24,000 bases of DNA, taken from the NCBI GenBank assembly GCA_035254305.1, contig DATFAS010000077.1, forward strand, positions 1 through 24,000, in the 5' to 3' direction. Made by a program: the position numbers and the translations under genes. Source of the stretch: Bacillota bacterium. GTDB lineage: Bacteria; Bacillota; Bacilli; Aneurinibacillales; RAOX-1. This document shows, piece after piece, positions 9,368 through 17,140 of this stretch; the stretch's first letter is position 1, and every line of letters starts with the position of its first letter. The notes beneath the pieces were generated by a model. The model saw only the letters and a list, made by a program, of their open reading frames with translations, did no database searches and was not told the origin of the DNA.

Positions 9368-11455
9368 CTATTGCATTAAGTCGTAGCAGTATTCATACAG
9401 TTTTTTCGAAAAGTAATCTGCAATGATTTTGGTTTCTTGAGTTTTAAGAGCATCTATCGTTTCATCGTCAATTAACAAGGCACTAATATGACTTAGCACC
9501 TCTAGACCCTCTTTTGTTATCTCCTTCGGACCCAAAAGCATTACAATATTTTCAATCTCAATTTGTTTATTTTCCATGGATCTCATCCATATTGGCTTCA
9601 TTAAATGATGGATTGTAAAAGAAACCTGTGTCATTTGATCATTTCTTCCATGGAATAAAGCCAATCCCGTATTCGGGATTCCAATCCCTGATAATTTTTC
9701 CCTTTCTAATAATTGTTTTACAACTTTCTCTTTATTTTTTATTATTTTCTTTTGGTGCAATAAATTGCATATATGATTTATTATTTCTTCTGTATGTTCA
9801 TAAGGGATACTGATTGTTGGGAAATCAAAGCCTTCAATAATGTCGATGATATGGTGGAAATAACTTTTCATGGATTTCAACTTCTCAAGGGGATTATTTT
9901 GAAGTTTAGGTTTTAATTGCTCAAGGTCTGAACGATGAACCTTAATCCCTCTCATATATAATTTAATTTTTTGGATATCTTCCTTTGTAAGTAAAGGGCT
10001 AACCAATATATATTTATTTGCTTCTATAAGCAATGGAATCGTGGAAATAATCATGTCGTATTCCCTTTTAGGGATGTGATCAATATCGAATAAGGAAACA
10101 TTTCTTATTTCCACTATTTCAGGTATTTCCTTTTCAATCCGAGTTGCCAAAATTTTAGAAGATCCGATCCCACTTGAACAAACAATTAATGCCCTGTAAT
10201 CCCACTCCTTCTCGCTTGTCCTCTCGAGTGCTGCACCAAAATGCATCACTAAGTAACCCGTCTCCTCTTCTGGTACATCTATATTTGAAAACACTACTTT
10301 AACTGCCTCTTGGATCACTCGAAACAAATCTCCATAATTTGCTTTAATCTGATCCAACAGAGGGTTCCTAATTTTCATGTTTCTTTGAATTCTAAATAAG
10401 GCCGGTTCCATATGTGTTAACAAACCGTACAATAAAGATGAATCACGGCTGAACTGGGTATCTAACTTATCTTCACAATAGCGAATAAACTCCATAATTT
10501 TTGCCACAAACTCCGCATTACTAAATTGCAAAGGATCATTCTGGGAATTACGAAGCTTAGCCCCTCGCAGATGCATGGTTATGTATCCGATTTCATCTGC
10601 TGGAATCTCCATTTGAAATATCATTTCTAATCTTTCTAGAATTTGCGCAGCCACTTTGTATTCTTGTGTCCCTTTAAGCTCTTGCAGGTAATTTTCGTCA
10701 AACTTAATTCGTTCTCCCTTTTTTATTCGTTCCATGGCTAGCGCAAGATGTATCACCAAACCGATATAGGCACTATCAGCTAAAGGATATGGCCACTCCT
10801 TCTCAAGATTGCGCAGTGCATTTTCGACCATAATTAGCTTTTCTTTTTCAATAAGTCCGAGTAGACGTTCCGATATCGAATCAATATTTCGTGATGACTT
10901 TCCCTGAATATTCTCTTTGATGAGGCCGATTAATTCTAACTCATTTAAGTGATCTGAAATAAGGTTACTAATTGCTTTTCGTTTGAACGATTCCTTCCCT
11001 TGTAGCTCTACACCATAACCTCGTTTTCGAATCAAGGATAAATCATATTTTTGAATCCAATCCTCCAGATCATCCAAATCATGACTAATCGTTGCTGGTG
11101 TTACCTTAAGATCATAAGCTAAAGAAACTAATTTAATAGGCTCAGTAGAACCAAGTAATAAGCAAAGGATCATTACTTTTCTCTCATCAGCTGTAAAATT
11201 TAACGTAGTTACATTGATCAGAGATAACCGTAGCTCTTCCTTAGCATCAAGGTCCCCTTCCATCAGAATACCGACACCCGCACGTTTAACTAATTTCAGA
11301 TGATATTGCTGGAGGAAAATCTCTATTTCTTCTAATTCTCGATGGATCGTCCTTGAGCTGACTTCAACCTCATCAGCGATTTCCTTAACTGTAATCCCAT
11401 TTTCATGGTCTAATAAAATATCTAAAATCATCCTTTGCCTAGACGAAATATTCAT
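9368..11455 (-). CDS. mtlR: MtlR-type BglG-family transcriptional regulator (HTH, PRD domains, EIIB-like and EIIA-like domains)
   Basis: 695 aa; N-terminal RQRMILDILLDHENGITVKEIADEVEVSSRTIHRELEEIE; EIIB-like ALIVCSSGIGSSKILATRI; EIIA-like GIGIPNTGLALFHGR; next to mtlA. Confidence 0.93.
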   Translation of the reverse strand: MNISSRQRMILDILLDHENGITVKEIADEVEVSSRTIHRELEEIEIFLQQYHLKLVKRAGVGILMEGDLDAKEELRLSLINVTTLNFTADERKVMILCLLLGSTEPIKLVSLAYDLKVTPATISHDLDDLEDWIQKYDLSLIRKRGYGVELQGKESFKRKAISNLISDHLNELELIGLIKENIQGKSSRNIDSISERLLGLIEKEKLIMVENALRNLEKEWPYPLADSAYIGLVIHLALAMERIKKGERIKFDENYLQELKGTQEYKVAAQILERLEMIFQMEIPADEIGYITMHLRGAKLRNSQNDPLQFSNAEFVAKIMEFIRYCEDKLDTQFSRDSSLLYGLLTHMEPALFRIQRNMKIRNPLLDQIKANYGDLFRVIQEAVKVVFSNIDVPEEETGYLVMHFGAALERTSEKEWDYRALIVCSSGIGSSKILATRIEKEIPEIVEIRNVSLFDIDHIPKREYDMIISTIPLLIEANKYILVSPLLTKEDIQKIKLYMRGIKVHRSDLEQLKPKLQNNPLEKLKSMKSYFHHIIDIIEGFDFPTISIPYEHTEEIINHICNLLHQKKIIKNKEKVVKQLLEREKLSGIGIPNTGLALFHGRNDQMTQVSFTIHHLMKPIWMRSMENKQIEIENIVMLLGPKEITKEGLEVLSHISALLIDDETIDALKTQETKIIADYFSKKLYEYCYDLMQ

Positions 11456-11571
11456 TTAACTATTACTCCTTATATCCTGATATTCTTTACTGTTATTCTT
11501 ATCGTATATCCCAATTATTAAGTTTACACTAGGAATTCGTCATTCACGAACCTCTAAGGTTAAACCTATCC

Positions 11572-11612
11572 ATGAAAAAACACCACATTCCAAAGAAAAT
11601 GTGGTGTTTAAG
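11572..11612 (-). terminator. Terminator after hom
   Basis: Hairpin AACACCACATT...AATGTGGTGTTT followed by a T-run on the - strand. Confidence 0.85.
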
Positions 11613-11657
11613 CCTATCAAAGTCATTTTTCAAATGACCACGAGGTTTAAATCCAAG

Positions 11658-12809
11658 TTATAATCGACAACCAATAATATCTCTAATAATAGGTATTTCT
11701 CCCTTACCCTCTACGGATAATTTGTACTTTTCAACTTCCTCAGCCGGAACAATTTTTCCATTCAACCATTGGTATGAAGATGGCTTACGGTCATAGCTAA
11801 TTTGAATGAATTCCTTTTGATCGTGATCTTGAATACTTGATGATAAGGTATATAAGCTAACTAGATCTTCTAGTATAGCACTAGCTGTTGGTAACGAGCC
11901 TGCCCCTGCTCCAACAAAGGTTAATTCTCCAGCCATATCTCCCGTTACTGCAATGGCATTTAAGACACCATTGATGCTAGCTAGAGGATGATCGTTTGCA
12001 ATTAGTTTAGGGGAAACCTCAAGACGAATGGTATGATGATCCTCCAACTCAACAGAAGCTAGAAGCTTTATCTTATACCCAAGTTCATGGGCTTGTTTCA
12101 GCTCCTCAGCAGTCACCGTTTCTATCCCTACTCGATACACTTTTTCTAACTCTGGTTCAACTCCGAATGCAAGCTTTGTAAGGATGGCTAATTTGTATAA
12201 CGTATCATAGCCACAGATATCTGCTGTCGGATCAGCTTCGGCATATCCTTTAAGCTGTGCTTCTTGAAGAACCTGTTCGAATGATGCCCCCTCATCCAGC
12301 ATCGAGGTTAAAATATAATTGGTTGTGCCATTCACAATTCCGTGTATAGATTGAATATCATTGCATTGCAAATTGTTTCGGAGGGTTTGAATGATGGGAA
12401 TGGCCGCACCTACACTAGCTTCGAAAAAAATCTTAACCCCTTGACGATTCGCTAGCTGTTGCAGCTCTGCCCCATGCTTAGCAATCATCGCTTTATTGGC
12501 AGTAATCACATGACATCCTTGTTCAATGGCCCATTTCACATACTCATAAGCTGGGTAGGCCCCAGCTAAGGATTCAATCATAACATTAGGTCGTTTTGCC
12601 ATTACATCTTTAAAGGAATCAGTCAACAAGGAAGAAATATCAGGAATATCGATATCCCTTCTTTTCATCATCTCTTTCACTAAAATGTTCTGTATCTCTA
12701 CTTTTTTATGTAAACGTTTTTCGATTTTCTGTTGATGGTGATAAAACCTCTGAACTACACCAGACCCTACTGTACCTAATCCTAGAATAGCTATCGATAT
12801 CTTTTCCAT
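11658..12809 (-). CDS. hom: Homoserine dehydrogenase, short form without C-terminal ACT domain; start trimmed to ATG 12809 (MEKISIAILGLGTVGSG)
   Basis: GLGTVGSG NAD-binding, ANKAMIAKHG, GIVNGTTNYILT, GYAEADPTADI. AAAGGGGG lies 9 nt upstream of the ATG. About 383 aa, ending soon after the catalytic domain. Confidence 0.94.
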   Translation of the reverse strand: MEKISIAILGLGTVGSGVVQRFYHHQQKIEKRLHKKVEIQNILVKEMMKRRDIDIPDISSLLTDSFKDVMAKRPNVMIESLAGAYPAYEYVKWAIEQGCHVITANKAMIAKHGAELQQLANRQGVKIFFEASVGAAIPIIQTLRNNLQCNDIQSIHGIVNGTTNYILTSMLDEGASFEQVLQEAQLKGYAEADPTADICGYDTLYKLAILTKLAFGVEPELEKVYRVGIETVTAEELKQAHELGYKIKLLASVELEDHHTIRLEVSPKLIANDHPLASINGVLNAIAVTGDMAGELTFVGAGAGSLPTASAILEDLVSLYTLSSSIQDHDQKEFIQISYDRKPSSYQWLNGKIVPAEEVEKYKLSVEGKGEIPIIRDIIGCRL

Positions 12810-12837
12810 TTTCATATTCCCCCTTTGTTTATCACAC

Positions 12838-12993
12838 AAAAAAACCCTCTTCAACAAGAAGAAGGTTCTACAGCCCGATCCATTCTTCTTATCTATCAGA
12901 GCACAATTGCTCTGCAGGAATTAGCACCTTACCAATATCAATCGGTCGGTTGCCGGGTTTCATAGGGCCAGTCCCTCCACCACTCTAGATAAG
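12838..12993 (-). promoter_or_regulatory. SAM-I (S-box) riboswitch with expression-platform terminator controlling hom
   Basis: On - strand: CTTATCTAGAGTGGTGGAGGGACTGGCCCTATGAAACCCGGCAACC...GGTGCTAATTCCTGCAGAG...GATAAG, then ACCTTCTTC TTGTT GAAGAGGGTTTTTTT. Confidence 0.96.
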
Positions 12994-13011
12994 AATTATT
13001 AAATTATGTGT

Positions 13012-13040
13012 ATAATATAGCAAAATCGCATAGATGTCAA
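13012..13040 (-). promoter_or_regulatory. Sigma-A promoter for the SAM riboswitch-hom transcript
   Basis: On - strand: TTGACA, 17-nt spacer, TATTAT, about 20 nt upstream of the aptamer. Confidence 0.75.
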
Positions 13041-13074
13041 AAACAAATATTAAAATAACTTAGAAAACCTACTA

Positions 13075-13107
13075 CAAAAAAATAAAACCTGCATCTTCAT
13101 TTGCAGG
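13075..13107 (-). terminator. Terminator of the 51-aa ORF
   Basis: On - strand: ACCTGCA AATGAAGA TGCAGGT TTTATTTTTTT. The ORF stop TGA sits in the loop. Confidence 0.8.
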
Positions 13108-13252
13108 TAGTCTTCCTAATAAACTGCCTATATAAAGATTCCGTCATATATCTTTTCCAATCATCGAATCCGTCTTTTGTAGCTTGTTTTTCTGCACGTA
13201 ATACACGAATTGTTCCATATTTCCCCTCGATCACCTTCAAGAGCTTACCCAT
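13097..13252 (-). CDS. 51-aa uncharacterised protein MGKLLKVIEGKYGTIRVLRAEKQATKDGFDDWKRYMTESLYRQFIRKTTCK, divergent from the recombinase
   Basis: Not in the ORF track (short). GAGGTG Shine-Dalgarno 6 nt upstream of the ATG and a strong terminator at the stop codon. Confidence 0.6.
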   Translation of the reverse strand: MGKLLKVIEGKYGTIRVLRAEKQATKDGFDDWKRYMTESLYRQFIRKTTCK

Positions 13253-13386
13253 TCCAAACACCTCTCTTGAATTCAGCCTATTCTTGTAAACTGCCTATTA
13301 TGCTTGGGTGGAGTGGGTTATTAGATGGTTATACTTTAATCATTTCTAGCCATATGGTATGTATAAGAACCAATTGGAGGGGACAT

Positions 13387-14988
13387 ATGAAGCTGCCTGA
13401 ATGGGTCGAACAGATTATTTGCTACCTCCGTCGTAGCAGACAAGATATCGAGAAGGAAAGGAAGACCGGAGAAGACACCCTTGCCCAACAGAAGCAAATC
13501 ATGGAGAGAGTTTTGGCTGACTATAACCTCCCCTATCAAGTATTTGAGGAGATTGGAAGCGGAGATAAAATTGAAACAAGACCTGTGTTCTGTGCCGTAT
13601 TAGATCTGCTTGAGGAAGGAAAATACAAGGCTATAGCTGTCCGGGAACTGAGCCGTTTAGGGCGTGGTAGCTATACAGACATGGGCCGGATCTATGACCT
13701 AATCATTCAAAAGGATATATTAATTATCACTCCATACAAAATATACAATCCAACCAATCACGCAGACCTAAGGCAAATCCGTTTTGAGCTTTTTCTTTCT
13801 CGTGAAGAATTTGAAACCATTAAAGAAAGATTAATGAGTGGAAAAACAGCATCTGCTATGCAAGGAAAGTGGTCTTCAGGAGGAACAGCCCCCTTCGGAT
13901 ATAGAGTGAATGACAATACCCAAAAACTCGAGATCTATGAGGATGAAGCAAAAATTGTTCGTATGATCTTTGATTTATATGTTTACGGGCTTGAAGGTAA
14001 AGAAAAAGGATTCAGAGCAATAGCAACCTACTTAACTAGAAATGGGAACCCATCTCCAAGTGGGATGAATAATTGGAATGTCAGCATGGTAAAGAAAATC
14101 CTCATTGAAAAACAAGAACTATATGCTGGGTCATTCTTGTTTGGGACGACCAAAATGGTGAATGGAAAGAAAATAAAAAAACAAAAAGAAGAATGGATCA
14201 TTGTCGGGAATTCCCATCCAGGAATTATTAATGAAGAGATGCTAGAAAAGGTAAAAAAGAAGCATCAATTGCTTTACAAAACACGAACAAAGGTAGATTT
14301 TAATACCTCAGAGCTAGCAGGGCTTCTAATATGTTCGAAATGTGGTAGGAAAATGATTAGGCAAGCTAATTATCGTGAATACATCTCCAAAAAAACAGGA
14401 GAAATCACCATCCACAGCAAAGAAACCCTATGGTGCAATACGATCGGTTGTACTTTCGTCAGCTATCGGGCAGTAGAAGAAGCACTCCTTGAATTTTTGG
14501 CTACAATCGGGCATTTAAAAGATGAAGATTTTCAAGTGTTCATCCAACAAACACAAGAGAAACATAATGTAGATTTACACGGAGAAGAACGAATTCAACT
14601 AGCTACAGAAACAAAGAATCATTTAATTAAAAAACTTGCTTTCATTTATGAAAAATTTGAGGAAGGAATCTATTCTAAGGAAGAATTCATTACAAGACGC
14701 GAAGGCATCAACCAGAAAATTGGGGAATTAGAAAAGACCATTCGGCTTCTTCTAAATGTAGAATCACCAGCTCGCAAGCTGCAAGTGGATATAAACCAAA
14801 TGAAACAAATCCTACTGTCAGTATACAGAACATATCGAACGATTGAGAATACAGAAGAAAAAAATCGAATTCTTCATGGCATTATTGACCACGCCGTATT
14901 AGAACTGACTGAAAAAGTAAGAGGGAATAAACCCAGCAGATTTAACCTTGATGTTTATTTTCGCATGGAAGATTTCCTCATTCTATGA
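13387..14988 (+). CDS. Large serine recombinase/integrase (resolvase catalytic domain, recombinase domain, Zn-ribbon, coiled coil), 533 aa
   Basis: YLRRSRQD catalytic Ser motif, AVRELSRLGRG, GTAPFGYRVN..., GLLICSKCGRKM...LWCNTIGC zinc ribbon, C-terminal coiled coil. GGAGGGG lies upstream of ATG 13387; the track's start at 13210 is an upstream alternative. Confidence 0.97.
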   Translation: MKLPEWVEQIICYLRRSRQDIEKERKTGEDTLAQQKQIMERVLADYNLPYQVFEEIGSGDKIETRPVFCAVLDLLEEGKYKAIAVRELSRLGRGSYTDMGRIYDLIIQKDILIITPYKIYNPTNHADLRQIRFELFLSREEFETIKERLMSGKTASAMQGKWSSGGTAPFGYRVNDNTQKLEIYEDEAKIVRMIFDLYVYGLEGKEKGFRAIATYLTRNGNPSPSGMNNWNVSMVKKILIEKQELYAGSFLFGTTKMVNGKKIKKQKEEWIIVGNSHPGIINEEMLEKVKKKHQLLYKTRTKVDFNTSELAGLLICSKCGRKMIRQANYREYISKKTGEITIHSKETLWCNTIGCTFVSYRAVEEALLEFLATIGHLKDEDFQVFIQQTQEKHNVDLHGEERIQLATETKNHLIKKLAFIYEKFEEGIYSKEEFITRREGINQKIGELEKTIRLLLNVESPARKLQVDINQMKQILLSVYRTYRTIENTEEKNRILHGIIDHAVLELTEKVRGNKPSRFNLDVYFRMEDFLIL

Positions 14989-14995
14989 GATCTTC

Positions 14996-15028
14996 TTTTT
15001 GGCAACTATCTGCTACATCCTTTTACGA
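14996..15028 (+). promoter_or_regulatory. attR element-side arm plus core
   Basis: TTTTTGGCAACTATCTGCTACATCCTTTTACGA. The outer 8 nt are the perfect inverse of the attL element arm, and ACGA is followed by resumed htrA coding sequence. Confidence 0.75.
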
Positions 15029-15261
15029 AAGGAATCATCAGTGCAAAAAACCGTCCCGTGAAGATCTCCGGTAAATTATATGAGGATATCATTCAAACAG
15101 ATTGTGCAATTAACCCTGGAAATAGTGGGGGGCCATTAATTAATCTGAACGGTGAAGTTATTGGTATGAATGCCTTTATTATTAAGAACAATCAAGGGCT
15201 GGGTTTTGCTGTAGGGATCGACAGTATTAAGGCGCAAATTGGCAGATACATTCATGAATAG
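15025..15261 (+). pseudogene. 3' part of the interrupted HtrA-like serine protease gene (catalytic Ser region)
   Basis: [78 protein letters not shown]; same frame phase as 3819-3821. Confidence 0.93.
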
Positions 15262-15264
15262 AAG

Positions 15265-15286
15265 GTCAATGATTCCATTGGCCTTT
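15265..15286 (+). terminator. Probable terminator of the htrA-like gene
   Basis: GGTCAAT GATTCC ATTGGCC TTTTCTT. Confidence 0.6.
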
Positions 15287-15298
15287 TCTTATCAGCAT

Positions 15299-15607
15299 CT
15301 ACATCCAAGATTCTCCCCAATGCTGAATAGCTTGTATAACTGGTTCCAGGCTTTTTCCTTTTGACGTTAGTTCATATTCAATCCTTACGGGTGTCTCAGG
15401 GTAGACTCTGCGAGTAAGAACCTGTGCATCCTCTAGCTCCTTCATTCTCTCCGAAAGCACACGATCACTCATTTCCGGTATCTGTTCCTTTATATCCTTA
15501 AACCGGCGAGGTCCACCAAGCAAAACACGTATTATTAAGCCTGTCCATTTTTTTCCTAGTAATTCTATTGCTGCCTCATAACGTGGACACATGGAGGAAT
15601 AATCCAC
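15299..15607 (-). CDS. HxlR-family winged-helix transcriptional regulator
   Basis: CPRYEAAIELLGKKWTGLIIRVLLGGPRRFKDIKEQIPEMSDRVLSERMKELE...RIEYELTSKGKSLEPV. Confidence 0.95.
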   Translation of the reverse strand: MDYSSMCPRYEAAIELLGKKWTGLIIRVLLGGPRRFKDIKEQIPEMSDRVLSERMKELEDAQVLTRRVYPETPVRIEYELTSKGKSLEPVIQAIQHWGESWM

Positions 15608-15688
15608 TGTAGTCCCTCCTTCCTGTTGCTTTATTCTTATTATACTCCATCCCTAGTTAATTGTAAAAAGTAAGGATTAAAAAGAAAG

Positions 15689-15707
15689 CGAGCCGATTAG
15701 GCTCGCC
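15689..15707 (-). terminator. Hairpin/terminator after the 48-aa ORF
   Basis: GCGAGCC GATTA GGCTCGC; T-rich on the - strand side (CTTTCTTTTT). Confidence 0.7.
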
Positions 15708-15710
15708 ATT

Positions 15711-15857
15711 TTATTCTTTACTCTTTTTGAATGCAATGATATAAATTTCTTCATTTTTTTCTTTATTCATGGATTGCTCGGCTGTCTGTAACAAATTTAG
15801 TTGGTCATAATTAAGATTGGCTATTGGCAGCTCATCTAAGTGATTGAACTTTTCCAT
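15711..15857 (-). CDS. 48-aa uncharacterised acidic protein MEKFNHLDELPIANLNYDQLNLLQTAEQSMNKEKNEEIYIIAFKKSKE
   Basis: Not in the ORF track. GAGGAG Shine-Dalgarno upstream of ATG and a terminator directly downstream. Confidence 0.65.
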   Translation of the reverse strand: MEKFNHLDELPIANLNYDQLNLLQTAEQSMNKEKNEEIYIIAFKKSKE

Positions 15858-15910
15858 TTGATCAACTCCTCTTTGTTATCGGTTCATAGTGTATGTAGTC
15901 ACCGTCGTTT

Positions 15911-16312
15911 TTACAATACTAATTGTGATTCCATAATATTTCGTACGGTGGAAATATCTGCTGGAGCCCAATTCAGTTCCCATAGTTGATCAATAGGTAC
16001 CCATCTTAATTCCTTATGCTCTAACGCCTTTGGCGATCCTTCCACAAGTCTTGATTTATATGTAGTGAGATGAACCTCGATTTCCGGATAAGGATGGATC
16101 ACATCAGCTATTTGATCCTCTACTTGAATAAGGCAATCCAGTTCTTCCTTGATTTCTCGTATTAAGGCTTGCTTTGGATTTTCTCCCGGTTCAATCTTCC
16201 CTCCTGGAAACTCCCAAAAACCCTCCATAGACCTATTTGGCCCTCTAAGCGCACATAGTATCCGTTTGTTCTCATCATAGATGACTGCCCCAACAACATC
16301 GATTCGTTTCAC
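15911..16312 (-). CDS. NUDIX hydrolase, MutT-like (8-oxo-dGTP diphosphatase family)
   Basis: Nudix box GGKIEPGENPKQALIREIKEEL; RIDVVGAVIYDENKRILCALRGP. Confidence 0.94.
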   Translation of the reverse strand: MKRIDVVGAVIYDENKRILCALRGPNRSMEGFWEFPGGKIEPGENPKQALIREIKEELDCLIQVEDQIADVIHPYPEIEVHLTTYKSRLVEGSPKALEHKELRWVPIDQLWELNWAPADISTVRNIMESQLVL

Positions 16313-16422
16313 TCAACAACCTCCCTTTTAACCAGCCGAATTCATGAGTATGAGTAGAAAACTAATATGAATTAGTATGTCGGAAAAGGTAAAAATAATG
16401 AACATAAACTTTCAACAGTAAA

Positions 16423-16448
16423 AGAGATCGGTAAATGAACCGATCTCT
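16423..16448 (-). terminator. Terminator at the end of the lut operon
   Basis: AGAGATCGGT AAATGA ACCGATCTCT perfect 10-bp stem with T-run on the - strand. Confidence 0.85.
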
Positions 16449-17139
16449 AATCCTTCAAAAGAATCACGTAGACTTTTCCAGGGCCATGGACTCCTAGTGC
16501 TAAATCCATTTCAATATCACCTGTACGGCTTGGTCCTGTTATAAAGTTAATGCAAGAAGGTAATCCATCAGGTATCTTGGAGTGAACCTGTTGTACAGCT
16601 TGTGTTAATCTTGGTACAATGCTTTTTTCAGATAGTATACAAAGAAATGCAGGGGGTAGAAGACTAACTACTCTTCCTCTGCCACCTCCGTTGAAAAGAA
16701 CGACTGTCCCTGTCTCAGCCAACCCAATATCTCCCCATGCTATCCCTAGATCAACCTGTGCAGCTTCTCTTCTTAATTCCATAGGGGATCCAGTGGTATT
16801 CCATTCAACGGTTTTTATGCCCTTTTCTCGAAGATGATCGGCAAGCTTCAAATCATGAAAAACTTGGTCGTCCCAGAAAATTGTGCTCTTAACTCCAAAG
16901 CCTTGCAAAACAGATTCAAGAGTAGATGTTATTTCACTCCTGTAAATACGATCTACCGGTGTATTTAGAGCTTCTAGATTATCCATAAATTGCTGGATTA
17001 AATCTTCCTGTGTTTTCCCTTCATACAAATGAACATAAGGCTTTGCTTCCCAGTCAGGTGGCCTAACCCCAGATCTTCTCGGGCGTCCTAATCGATTCGC
17101 AATTTTATTTAAGAAGGCATCTTGTTTTTCCATGCTCAT
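16447..17139 (-). CDS. lutC: Lactate utilization protein C (LUD domain)
   Basis: GIAWGDIGLAETGTVVLFNGGGRGRVVSLLPPAFLCI...FITGPSRTGDIEMDLALGVHGPGKVYVIL; third gene of lutABC. Confidence 0.94.
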   Translation of the reverse strand: MSMEKQDAFLNKIANRLGRPRRSGVRPPDWEAKPYVHLYEGKTQEDLIQQFMDNLEALNTPVDRIYRSEITSTLESVLQGFGVKSTIFWDDQVFHDLKLADHLREKGIKTVEWNTTGSPMELRREAAQVDLGIAWGDIGLAETGTVVLFNGGGRGRVVSLLPPAFLCILSEKSIVPRLTQAVQQVHSKIPDGLPSCINFITGPSRTGDIEMDLALGVHGPGKVYVILLKD

Positions 17140-17140
17140 G

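Larger units (their letters stand above)
3819..15028. mobile_element. About 11.2-kb integrated element inserted within an htrA-like gene by a large serine recombinase; carries mtlRAFD, ptsIH and hom as cargo. Predicted crossover is at A/C (3819/3820 and 15025/15026).
   Basis: Split gene with both halves in matching phase, shared ACGA at the two junctions, large serine recombinase next to the right junction, and a reconstructed attP with symmetric arms around the core (TTTTTGGC...GCCAAAAA). Confidence 0.88.

Noticed and set aside
13210-13386. N-terminal extension of the recombinase in the ORF track (MFHISPRSPSRAYPF...)
   Set aside because: The extension does not resemble a serine recombinase. 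ATG 13387 has a good GGAGGGG site and begins right before the YLRRSRQD catalytic motif; the upstream part overlaps the divergent 51-aa ORF's control region.
3819-15028. Prophage or ICE interpretation
   Set aside because: Every sizeable ORF between the recombinase and the left junction is metabolic or regulatory. No structural, lysis, replication or transfer genes are visible.
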